Notes: generated from the sequence alone by a model not told the origin. A DNA stretch of 57,733 nucleotides from Candidatus Omnitrophota bacterium (GCA_043805735.1 JAZDHS010000032.1:1-57733), one strand, 5' to 3'. Positions 27,976 through 35,581 are shown, counted from the stretch's first letter. Numbers and translations are program-made.

Positions 27976-28099
27976 AACCGAAAATGGCTCTTCTTAATTG
28001 CTCCAATGCCGCGATTCTTTCAACGTAGGATTTATTTGCCCAATAATTATGACCGTTTCTGTCGCGGATAGAAGTAACTTTAATAATCGTTTTATTCAT
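27914..28099 (-). CDS. Small partner protein of the nucleotidyltransferase-fold gene (antitoxin-like by position)
   Basis: 61 aa. Its 3' end overlaps the original start of the downstream gene by 62 nt. The C-terminal pattern ERIAALEQLRR...RLQRTLRV is often seen next to such genes. Confidence 0.5.
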   Translation of the reverse strand: MNKTIIKVTSIRDRNGHNYWANKSYVERIAALEQLRRAIFGYDPSTARLQRTLRVTKIKMT

Positions 28100-28138
28100 A
28101 GCTATATTATATCACATTTATTCATATTATGTTTATTT

Positions 28139-30010
28139 TTAGTAAGGCAAAAGCACAAACCAAAACGGAAAATCAGGAAACTTCGGCCGCATAATCGAGT
28201 TGACTTTCCCGGGGTCAACACTCGGTGCAAATTCAAACGGCAGCGTAAAAGCCAAAGCAAACCTTTTTTCGTTTAACACATAAAGCGGCACCGGCGGCGC
28301 GTTATACGTATAGCCGGCGGACAGGGCCTCATTTTTGAAAAAGATAAACCCGATTTGCGCATCGTGAACATATTGCTGAATTACCTGGCGGATAAAGCTT
28401 TCTTTAGTAGCTCCAGACATGATCCGGGTACCCGGGAGCCCCCCTGAAAAGCCAATCTTCTCTTTACGCAAGGCCTGCCGGGCCTCCGGGTTATCCAACT
28501 CTAAATTGCTGATGTAGGGGATAATCGTGGCGAAGCCGGCGGCTTTTAGGGTATGGTAATAAATCGGCCATTTGTTGCGCAGTTCCAGGCGTTGCTTGCC
28601 GGTTTCGTCGGGATAACTAAAAAAGTTAATCCCCGGGGCATCAATGACGGCAAACCCGCCGCGGGCGAGGCGTTTTTTCACCAACTGATAGAATTCGTAA
28701 CTGTAAAGTTTGGCCAGGTCGTAATCGTGCGGGTCGGGAAAATCCAGATAAATCGCGTCGAAGGTCTCTTCGCTATTCTTAATGTAGTAATAGGCATCGC
28801 CAATAATCATTTCCAGGCGCGGGTCTTCCAAGGCCGCCTGATTCATTTTTTTAAGCACGGGGTGGGTTTTGGCAACTTCAACCATCTTGCGGTCGATATC
28901 AACCTGCACTATTTTTTCCACGCCGGCGTATTTTAATAGCTCCCGGTCGAGCATCCCGTCTCCGCCGCCCAGTACCAAAATTTTTTTAGGGACGCCGTGG
29001 TTAAGAATTATCGGTACGTGCGCGAAGTATTCGTGGTAAATCTCTTCTTCGTCGCTGCAAAGCTGATAGCAACCGTTTAAAAAAAGGTAGTAATCGCGCG
29101 GGTATTGCGGATCGGCGCTGAATTTTTTCGAGTAGGCATTAACTAAAAACGGGGTGAAGGGGTCCTGGCCCAGCTTATAGCGCACCAGATCAATCTTTTG
29201 ATACGGCGAGCCAAACCGCTCGATCGGCGAGAGCCCTTTAACCGGCGCCAACAGCGCCGGCCAATTCTGAAACGATTCGTAATAGTAATAGTATTTTTGC
29301 AAAAAATACTGCTGGAGCGGAACAACTGCCAGGCACAAGCCCAATAAAGCGGCGCCTAAGCTACCGCCGAGAAAAGCCCGGCGTAAAAAGCCGCTTTCTT
29401 TTTTTAGAGAAATAAACAGGATCCCTAAGGCCGAGAGCGCGTTTAACAGGCCAACCGCAAAACCAATGCTGATTAATTCAAAGCGCGAGGCTAACAGCAA
29501 AGGAAAAACCACCGCGCCGGCTAACGAGCCAAGGTAGTCGACGGCCAGGACCCGATTGCTGATTTTTCTTTCGGGGGCGAATTCGGCGGCGATACGGATT
29601 AACAGCGGAAGCTCCAGGCCGGTCAAAAAACCGACCTTGACCACGATCACCAAAGCAACCAGGAAAAATATTATTATTCCCGCCAGCAGATTATCATAGA
29701 GAAAAAGAAAGCCATAGGCCATATGCGCCAGATAAATACAGGGTATTGCCAGCGCGCCGATCAGCGCAAGCCAGAGTTCCACCGAAAACAAAAACCGCCA
29801 GCTTGATTTTCCGGCGGTAAGCCTCTTGCTCACCAGCGCTCCCAGGCCCATCGCCGCAAGATAAAGCCCGATGGTCACGCTGTAGCGCACTACCGTATTA
29901 AGCGAAAGCAAAGACAAGGCTTGCGCAATCAGCAGTTCATAGAGAATACTGCAGGCAGCTAGTATAAAGGTAATCGCATAGACAAAACTCAGCGTAACTT
30001 TTTTTTCCAT
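28139..30010 (-). CDS. Membrane-anchored spermidine-synthase-like aminopropyltransferase
   Basis: 623 aa. The N-terminal ~230 aa are polytopic membrane. The SpeE core follows (ILVLGGGDGMLDRELLKY, VQVDID, GDAYYYI, LDFPDPHD), then a ~150-aa C-terminal extension. Confidence 0.8.
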   Translation of the reverse strand: MEKKVTLSFVYAITFILAACSILYELLIAQALSLLSLNTVVRYSVTIGLYLAAMGLGALVSKRLTAGKSSWRFLFSVELWLALIGALAIPCIYLAHMAYGFLFLYDNLLAGIIIFFLVALVIVVKVGFLTGLELPLLIRIAAEFAPERKISNRVLAVDYLGSLAGAVVFPLLLASRFELISIGFAVGLLNALSALGILFISLKKESGFLRRAFLGGSLGAALLGLCLAVVPLQQYFLQKYYYYYESFQNWPALLAPVKGLSPIERFGSPYQKIDLVRYKLGQDPFTPFLVNAYSKKFSADPQYPRDYYLFLNGCYQLCSDEEEIYHEYFAHVPIILNHGVPKKILVLGGGDGMLDRELLKYAGVEKIVQVDIDRKMVEVAKTHPVLKKMNQAALEDPRLEMIIGDAYYYIKNSEETFDAIYLDFPDPHDYDLAKLYSYEFYQLVKKRLARGGFAVIDAPGINFFSYPDETGKQRLELRNKWPIYYHTLKAAGFATIIPYISNLELDNPEARQALRKEKIGFSGGLPGTRIMSGATKESFIRQVIQQYVHDAQIGFIFFKNEALSAGYTYNAPPVPLYVLNEKRFALAFTLPFEFAPSVDPGKVNSIMRPKFPDFPFWFVLLPY

Positions 30011-30019
30011 AATCAGCTC

Positions 30020-30373
30020 TTAGAACCCGCGGGGGATAATTTTTACCTTCACCTGGCGGGCGCCAAACGCGCGCTTTAAATCGGCAACGGTCGCTTCCGG
30101 GTGCATCTTGCCGCAGGTCAGCACATCGCAAGCGATGTAGCCGGCCTCGGGCCAGGTATGCAAGGCCAGATGTGACCAGGAAATAATGATTACTCCGGTA
30201 ACGCCATAAGGCCGGAATTGATGAAAGGCACTCTTGATAACTTTGGTCCCGCTTTTTTTCGCCGCTGCCAAAAATGGTGTTTTGACAGCGCGCACAAATT
30301 TAATCTTTTCCCGATCACAACCGATTAACTCGATGAGGTAGTGTTTGCCGAATTCATTCTTGAGTTTACCCAC
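30020..30373 (-). CDS. speH: S-adenosylmethionine decarboxylase proenzyme, class 1 (SpeH type)
   Basis: 117 aa with YGVTGVIIISWSHLALHTWPEAGYIACDVLTCG. SD AGGAGG lies 6 nt before the GTG start. Confidence 0.8.
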   Translation of the reverse strand: MGKLKNEFGKHYLIELIGCDREKIKFVRAVKTPFLAAAKKSGTKVIKSAFHQFRPYGVTGVIIISWSHLALHTWPEAGYIACDVLTCGKMHPEATVADLKRAFGARQVKVKIIPRGF

Positions 30374-30375
30374 GT

Positions 30376-31062
30376 TTATCCTCCTACGTAACAGCTAATA
30401 AAAAACTCATTAATTCTTCCGGCAGAGAACAAACAAACCGCCATCACGGCCAAAAATACTAACTGCAGCGACCACCAGCGGTAAAAACAGTTTAACTCCG
30501 AGCGCGCTACCGTATCACGCTCGGCCCATAATAACAGCGACGCGCCGGCATTTAAAGCGCCGACTAAAAAGGCCGTGGGCACAAGCCCCAGGCCCGGGTA
30601 AAACATAAAGGCAAACAAAAACGTGCCTAAAAAGGCGCCGAAATAATCCACCCCCAAAAGCAGGTTATCGATTTTGCCTTCTTCTTTTTTACGTAACGCC
30701 ATCATCAGCGGCAACTCAAAACCGGTGAGTACGCCGATGAGAACAATCAAAAGATGCGCGCTTAAGGAAAAAAACAGCCGCGATAGGCCCAACAGATTAA
30801 GGAGGTGTAAAAGCACAACCGAGCCGCCGCCAACCAGAGTAAGAACAGTCTCTATCTGCAACAGTGTAATTGCCGAGCGCACCGCCAGCCGGCCCTGGGC
30901 GAGAAAGGCCCCACCGCCCATGGAAATAAGATAGAGGCCGATAGTCACGCTGTAGCGCAGCACCGTATTCTCCAAAAAAGCGCTGAGTGACTGGGCTAGC
31001 AGCAGCTCATAGACCATGCTGCAGAAAGCCAGGATTAGTTTAATCAGCAAAATGTTAAACAT
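30376..31062 (-). CDS. Polytopic membrane protein, paralog of the N-terminal membrane domain of 28139..30010
   Basis: MVYELLLAQSLSAFLENTVLRYSVTIGLYLISMGGGAF compares with ILYELLIAQALSLLSLNTVVRYSVTIGLYLAAMGLGAL in the SpeE-like protein. Confidence 0.7.
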   Translation of the reverse strand: MFNILLIKLILAFCSMVYELLLAQSLSAFLENTVLRYSVTIGLYLISMGGGAFLAQGRLAVRSAITLLQIETVLTLVGGGSVVLLHLLNLLGLSRLFFSLSAHLLIVLIGVLTGFELPLMMALRKKEEGKIDNLLLGVDYFGAFLGTFLFAFMFYPGLGLVPTAFLVGALNAGASLLLWAERDTVARSELNCFYRWWSLQLVFLAVMAVCLFSAGRINEFFISCYVGG

Positions 31063-32098
31063 AGGAGATTCTTTTACGTAAGGATACCACCCTGCCCACC
31101 AGGTAACCCAAGAATAAGTTAAGGCTCACCATCAATAAAACCACCAGTAAAGATTGTTTAAAATTAATTACCCTTAAAGAAAAGATGAACTCTGCGAGAT
31201 GGAAACCAACGATTACTGTAGTAAGATAAATCCATAAAATTCCCTGGGCATAAACGACCAGCGCGGAGTGTTCCAGCCAACGTTTGAGGCGTATCGATTT
31301 TTTCAATAATAGCTGCGTCAGTGGAATAACCATCAGGTAAAAACCGACCTGGCCGGCCATGAACAATACAGGCGGCTTAAATATTGCCGGACCCCAGATA
31401 TCAGTGGGATTGTATTGCGGAAAAAAGTTACCGGAAAAAAACGCAAGGAAAAATAACAACGCGCCCAGTACCGGCAACTTTGGCATTACTCTCTCCCAGC
31501 GAAGAAGGCTAAATCCCAGGCAAATCCCTAAGGCAAAAAGCGAAAACCAGGGCAAGAGTGGCCAATAATTTTCACCGGATAGGTCGCCGAATAATACCGC
31601 ATAGGCGTAGGAATGCCTGCTGCCTATTTGAGGAAAGCTGCGGGCAAAAAAAAGCGCAACTACTCCCAACAAGCCAATTGTCCATACGGCGGCAGGGCGC
31701 GGTAACTTTTTCAGCAGCGGATAGGTTACCAGCATGGAGAGCGCGATAAATTGCAGCACATCCCAATCAAAGGCATCGCGGCTGCCCCAGGCGAGAAAAT
31801 TCATTAAAAAACCCAGCGCCGAAATCGCCAAAGCCCGGCCAAGCACCTTCGCCAGGCCCAGGCGATCATGCGCAAAAGCCCAAAAAAAGCTGATCGCCGC
31901 AAGCACGGGAAGCATCAACGCGAAGAAAGGCGCGCCCGAATAGCATAAGAAGCGCAACAGCACATCGCCCTGAGCGTAACGCAGGCCACCTTGGTCATTG
32001 TACACATACATCCAGACGATCGGGTGGATAATAACTACGGCGATGATCCCTAAGCCTTTGAGTATATCTACGCTGAGCAGTCGCGCGCGATTTTCCAT
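31055..32098 (-). CDS. Acyltransferase-3 / DUF1624-like integral membrane protein
   Basis: 347 aa with ~10 TM helices. The N-terminal RLLSVDILKGLGIIAVVIIH is typical of this superfamily. Confidence 0.6.
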   Translation of the reverse strand: MENRARLLSVDILKGLGIIAVVIIHPIVWMYVYNDQGGLRYAQGDVLLRFLCYSGAPFFALMLPVLAAISFFWAFAHDRLGLAKVLGRALAISALGFLMNFLAWGSRDAFDWDVLQFIALSMLVTYPLLKKLPRPAAVWTIGLLGVVALFFARSFPQIGSRHSYAYAVLFGDLSGENYWPLLPWFSLFALGICLGFSLLRWERVMPKLPVLGALLFFLAFFSGNFFPQYNPTDIWGPAIFKPPVLFMAGQVGFYLMVIPLTQLLLKKSIRLKRWLEHSALVVYAQGILWIYLTTVIVGFHLAEFIFSLRVINFKQSLLVVLLMVSLNLFLGYLVGRVVSLRKRISYV

Positions 32099-32148
32099 TG
32101 TGCCATTATAGCATAGAAAATAATGCGCAGAGAAGATAATTTTTTCCG

Positions 32149-32177
32149 TTGCTTATTATGTAATTGAGTGATATACT
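32149..32177 (+). promoter_or_regulatory. Sigma70-type promoter for 32188..33897
   Basis: TTGCTT, 17 nt spacer, TATACT. The -10 ends 10 nt before ATG 32188, and there is no SD. Confidence 0.45.
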
Positions 32178-32187
32178 ATAACTCAAC

Positions 32188-32865
32188 ATGAAATCTCTCG
32201 TACCTAACAATCCAGTATCCGCTGGCGATTTTAAACGCCTGAAGGAATCTTTTTTCTCATCCGAGCCCGTCCAGGAAACCCAATCCGAAAAAAATACTTT
32301 TAAAGAAAAGGCGGTCTTTTTTACGATACTAGCCCTGCTTATTGGAGGGATATTATTTTTAGTCCTCTCGCAATTTGATGTCATCGTCCTGCCCCCTTAC
32401 GAGCATACCTTTACCGATGCCGTTAGCGATATGTTAACGAAAAAAGATATCGCGGCGTTAGAATTAATCGACCCTTCGGGCAGCGCAAAAATCGTCAAAC
32501 AAGTGGTGCATCTGGACGTCCCCTTTGAAAAGAAAACTGGATTTGGCGTAAATATTTATGATACAATAAATATGGCGACCACAAAACTGGTTCTGATAAT
32601 TAAGCCGCCAACCCAAAAAGTAGAGCTGGAGGTTGTTTTGCGCGATAATCGCTTTTTCTCCAACGCCCTTGATCCGATTAGGGTCACGATTGCCCCGGCC
32701 ACCCGGATGAAAAGCTATATTGAAGTACCGATATTAGCCGGAGAAAATATCTCCTACCACCTAAACCTGGCGCGGATTAAGCAACTGCGCTTTAGCTTTT
32801 CCCAGAACACACAAGAAGCGGTTCATATTTTTGTTAAAAATGTCTTTTTTGAAAAAAGGAGGTAG
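32188..32865 (+). CDS. Single-pass membrane protein with C-terminal beta-sandwich-like domain, function unknown
   Basis: 225 aa. TM helix VFFTILALLIGGILFLVL and a beta-rich C-terminal ~150 aa. It lies 6 nt upstream of the ParA-like gene. Confidence 0.55.
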   Translation: MKSLVPNNPVSAGDFKRLKESFFSSEPVQETQSEKNTFKEKAVFFTILALLIGGILFLVLSQFDVIVLPPYEHTFTDAVSDMLTKKDIAALELIDPSGSAKIVKQVVHLDVPFEKKTGFGVNIYDTINMATTKLVLIIKPPTQKVELEVVLRDNRFFSNALDPIRVTIAPATRMKSYIEVPILAGENISYHLNLARIKQLRFSFSQNTQEAVHIFVKNVFFEKRR

Positions 32866-32871
32866 AAGGAC

Positions 32872-33897
32872 ATGATGAAGGTCATATCGCTTGTCAATCA
32901 AAAAGGTGGCTGCGGAAAAACTACTACCGCGGTAAACCTGGCCTATGCCTTCGCCAAACGCAAGAATAAGGTTCTCTTGGTCGATCTGGATCCTCAAGCG
33001 CATGCGACTTTTTCCTTAGGCATAACGCCTGCTTTAAGTATCGCCGATATATTCGATCAGGCGATCAATAACCGCCCGTTCAACTTAACCGAGCTTTCAG
33101 TCTGGCGCAAGGATAATTTGGCCTTGTGGCCATCGAGCATCGGTTTAAGCGCCATCGAACATGCCCTTTCCACCTCTAAAGATAAATTAGACCTGCTCAC
33201 GCGCCTACTGATGAGCGTGGACGCGGTGTTTGACTATTGCATTATCGATTGCCCGCCCAACTTAGGCATGCTTACCCTCAATGCCCTGGTGGCTTCCACT
33301 TACGCCATTGTCCCCATCGGTATCTGCGAACTATCACTTAAAGGGGTAGACAATCTCAATAATATTTTAAATATGCTCTTTGAACACCGCAAAAGAATTC
33401 CCCAACTATTTTATCTGCTCACTCAGCTTGATCGACGCTTCAAGTATACGGAAAATTTTGTCCTGCGCGCCAAGGAAAAGCTGGGGCAACAGTTGCTCGA
33501 CACGATGATTCGCACCAATATCCACCTGCGTGAGGCAACGGCAATGGGAAAAAGTATTTATGAGTACCGCAGCGATGCCCGCGGCGCTTATGACTATGCC
33601 CAGATGGCTGAAGAATTGGAGGCGATTGTTAAAAAACCTTCCGTTGTGCAATTACTTTTGAAAGGCGCGGGGCAAAATGAGGTCTATGTGGTGGGAGAAT
33701 TTAACGACTGGCAAAAACACAAGGACTACCAATTAAAAAAGGTTGATACCGCTACCTGGTCGATTGCCTTACCTTTGAGCAAGGGAACCTACCGCTATAA
33801 GTTTATTGTTGATGACCAGTGGATTAACGATCCGACTAATTCTTTTGAGGAAAGCGATGCCTTTGGCGGGAAGAATTCAATTCTCTTTGTGCGCTAG
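32872..33897 (+). CDS. ParA/MinD-family ATPase fused to a CBM48/AMPK-beta-type glycogen-binding module
   Basis: Deviant Walker [25 protein letters not shown] and DYCIIDCPP. The C-terminal ~85 aa read [60 protein letters not shown] is present. Confidence 0.8.
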   Translation: MMKVISLVNQKGGCGKTTTAVNLAYAFAKRKNKVLLVDLDPQAHATFSLGITPALSIADIFDQAINNRPFNLTELSVWRKDNLALWPSSIGLSAIEHALSTSKDKLDLLTRLLMSVDAVFDYCIIDCPPNLGMLTLNALVASTYAIVPIGICELSLKGVDNLNNILNMLFEHRKRIPQLFYLLTQLDRRFKYTENFVLRAKEKLGQQLLDTMIRTNIHLREATAMGKSIYEYRSDARGAYDYAQMAEELEAIVKKPSVVQLLLKGAGQNEVYVVGEFNDWQKHKDYQLKKVDTATWSIALPLSKGTYRYKFIVDDQWINDPTNSFEESDAFGGKNSILFVR

Positions 33898-34166
33898 ATC
33901 TTTCCAAAAAACATTAGAATCCCCATCACTGTAAAAAGCGTCGCGCCCAGATAACGCATAATGTCCGGCTTGATAAATCTGGCCAGTACCGCGCCGATCA
34001 GTACCGAGATTGCCGTGATGACGATGTAGGCAGAAACAGATCCCAATAAGACCGTGAGTGGTTTTCCCGATTTCGCGGCCAGCCCAATACCCACCAGCTG
34101 AGTCTTATCCGCTAACTCTGCCAGAAAAATTGCCGAAAAAGCCGTAAAAAATATTTTTCCGTCCAT
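33894..34166 (-). CDS. UPF0016 / GDT1 (TMEM165) family half-size cation transporter
   Basis: 90 aa with the signature ELADKTQL and three TM helices. Confidence 0.8.
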   Translation of the reverse strand: MDGKIFFTAFSAIFLAELADKTQLVGIGLAAKSGKPLTVLLGSVSAYIVITAISVLIGAVLARFIKPDIMRYLGATLFTVMGILMFFGKI

Positions 34167-34184
34167 CTACCCCCCCCCCCTTGC

Positions 34185-34646
34185 CTATCCGTAATACTTT
34201 TCGATCGCTTTTCTCAACGCGGCCGGGCCGCAGACAAACGCCTCGACCTTACATTTGAGGCTTTTTTCCAGCTCCGCAACTGTCTCCGTGTCCGGAATGT
34301 CAGCGATAGCGATAGTAAATAAGTCGCCGATCTTGTCAATCGGCAAAAATTCGTATTTTTCCACTAAATCCGGAGGCACGGTTTTAATTAAGTCCTCGTC
34401 TATTTCATAACTATCTATGGGCAGATACGGAACCCCGTATTGCGTAGTCACCGAGTTAATTACATCTTCTTCGCTGGCATAGCCCAATTCGATGAGAATC
34501 TCTCCTAAGAGCTTGCGCCGCTTGGTATGAATCTCCTGTTCAACCTGTACAGTCAGCGCTTCTTCCAGCTGTTTACTGGTAATAATCCCCCGCTCGACTA
34601 ATAGCTTACCGATCCGTTTATTGACTACCCTGTTTTTAGGAAGCAT
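34185..34646 (-). CDS. Stand-alone MshEN / T2SSE_N domain protein (putative c-di-GMP receptor)
   Basis: RIGKLLVERGIITSKQLEEALTVQ and LLGEILIELGYASEEDVINSVTTQ match the tandem 24-residue MshEN motif. A GspE-N1-like fold follows (YGVPYLPIDSYEID...). Confidence 0.75.
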   Translation of the reverse strand: MLPKNRVVNKRIGKLLVERGIITSKQLEEALTVQVEQEIHTKRRKLLGEILIELGYASEEDVINSVTTQYGVPYLPIDSYEIDEDLIKTVPPDLVEKYEFLPIDKIGDLFTIAIADIPDTETVAELEKSLKCKVEAFVCGPAALRKAIEKYYG

Positions 34647-34723
34647 CGCCCCCTCCTTAAGCGTTAGACTAAATTCTCACTCATTATACACCCCAAGTGA
34701 AACCTCCCGCAAGAATTTTATTA

Positions 34724-34763
34724 GACCCCAGCTTTAAGGAATGCTGGGTCTATCCTTTAGGAT
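34724..34763 (-). repeat. REP-like double-hairpin unit 3
   Basis: Plus strand: GACCCCAGC-tttaaggaat-GCTGGGTC-TATCCTTTAGGAT. It overlaps the stop of 34763..35131 by one base. Confidence 0.7.
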
Positions 34764-35131
34764 TAGTGGGTAAGCAGCTCCCCCAGCGGAATGAGCTTAC
34801 CCCGGCAATCCAGGTAAATCATCAGCGCTGAATACACCGCCAAAAATAAAATCATCCACAATATCGAATGGATACGCTTTTTTGACTCTAAGATTAGATG
34901 TTTGCCGCCAAAGTACATAAGCAAAAGCCCGACGATATTGGTCAGCCAATAGCTGCCTAAGACCAACCACCTAAAGGGAAGATGCGTATAGTGAAAAATA
35001 ACACTGGCCATAAGATAGCTTAAAGGAAGATTAACCAGGGCATCATTCCACCAAGTGAAGGGAGAAAGCAGCCAGCCCAGAAAAAACAAAAAGGCCCGGC
35101 TTATTTGTAGTCGAGGGGTATTTATTTTCAC
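34763..35131 (-). CDS. Small polytopic membrane protein, function unknown
   Basis: 122 aa with 3-4 hydrophobic helices and a GTG start. Confidence 0.55.
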   Translation of the reverse strand: MKINTPRLQISRAFLFFLGWLLSPFTWWNDALVNLPLSYLMASVIFHYTHLPFRWLVLGSYWLTNIVGLLLMYFGGKHLILESKKRIHSILWMILFLAVYSALMIYLDCRGKLIPLGELLTH

Positions 35132-35435
35132 GCTATCAAGATTATACCCTGTTCGCTAAAATTTTGCCAGGTAATTCCTCGAGGAACCTTAACTTTTTTA
35201 GTTTCCGTTTCTGTTACGGGTGTCGTTGTCTTTATCGTGGGCATTGCGCAATTGGGAGAGAAAAAACAGGCATAAGACGAAGAAAATGGCGAGATTGGCA
35301 CACATCGTTGGACCGGCCTTTCGGTTAAGAAGGCAACAAGGGATAAAAAGATAGGATCTGGGCTGGTGGCGCCCAGTGCCGTGGCGGGAAAAACGAAGAA
35401 TAAATTCACTAAAGAAGACCGCGGTAAAACTATAT

Positions 35436-35526
35436 ATAAAAAAGAGGATGTCTAAGCCATCCTCTGCTTATACCCTATTTTTTTCCTGTTGCACTTCAAG
35501 TTTATTACCAATTAATCCTGAAATTC
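35436..35526 (-). ncRNA. Candidate small RNA or terminated 5' leader (~90 nt)
   Basis: Starts ~7 nt after a near-consensus promoter (35533-35560). Ends at the hairpin AGAGGATG-7 nt-CATCCTCT (35443-35465) followed by TTTTTATATATA. There is no ORF inside. Confidence 0.4.
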
Positions 35527-35532
35527 GTTCTT

Positions 35533-35560
35533 ATTATATACTTTCTTACGTCCTTGTCAA
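35533..35560 (-). promoter_or_regulatory. Sigma70-type promoter (minus strand) driving the candidate sRNA
   Basis: Minus sense: TTGACA, 16 nt spacer, TATAAT. Its -35 overlaps the plus-strand -35 in the palindromic TTGTCAA. Confidence 0.6.
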
Positions 35561-35581
35561 GCATTAAAAATGTGTTATAAT
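35554..35581 (+). promoter_or_regulatory. Sigma70-type extended -10 promoter for the rlmD-like gene (leaderless geometry)
   Basis: TTGTCA, 16 nt spacer, TGT-TATAAT. ATG 35588 starts 7 nt after the -10. Confidence 0.6.

Noticed and set aside
30376-32098. 8-nt overlap between 31055..32098 and 30376..31062, and 29-nt overlap between the RND gene and the PII-like gene, as signs of frameshifted pseudogenes.
   Set aside because: Both partners are full-length with independent family or topology signatures. Short overlaps are common in this tightly packed genome.
35128-35409. 93-aa minus-strand ORF (GTG start) between the candidate sRNA and the membrane protein gene, ending in a GTGA overlap with the latter.
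   Set aside because: There is no recognisable domain and no SD, the composition is odd, and a TATAAT box for the downstream gene lies inside it. The overlap geometry keeps it possible, so I list it as unresolved rather than as a feature.
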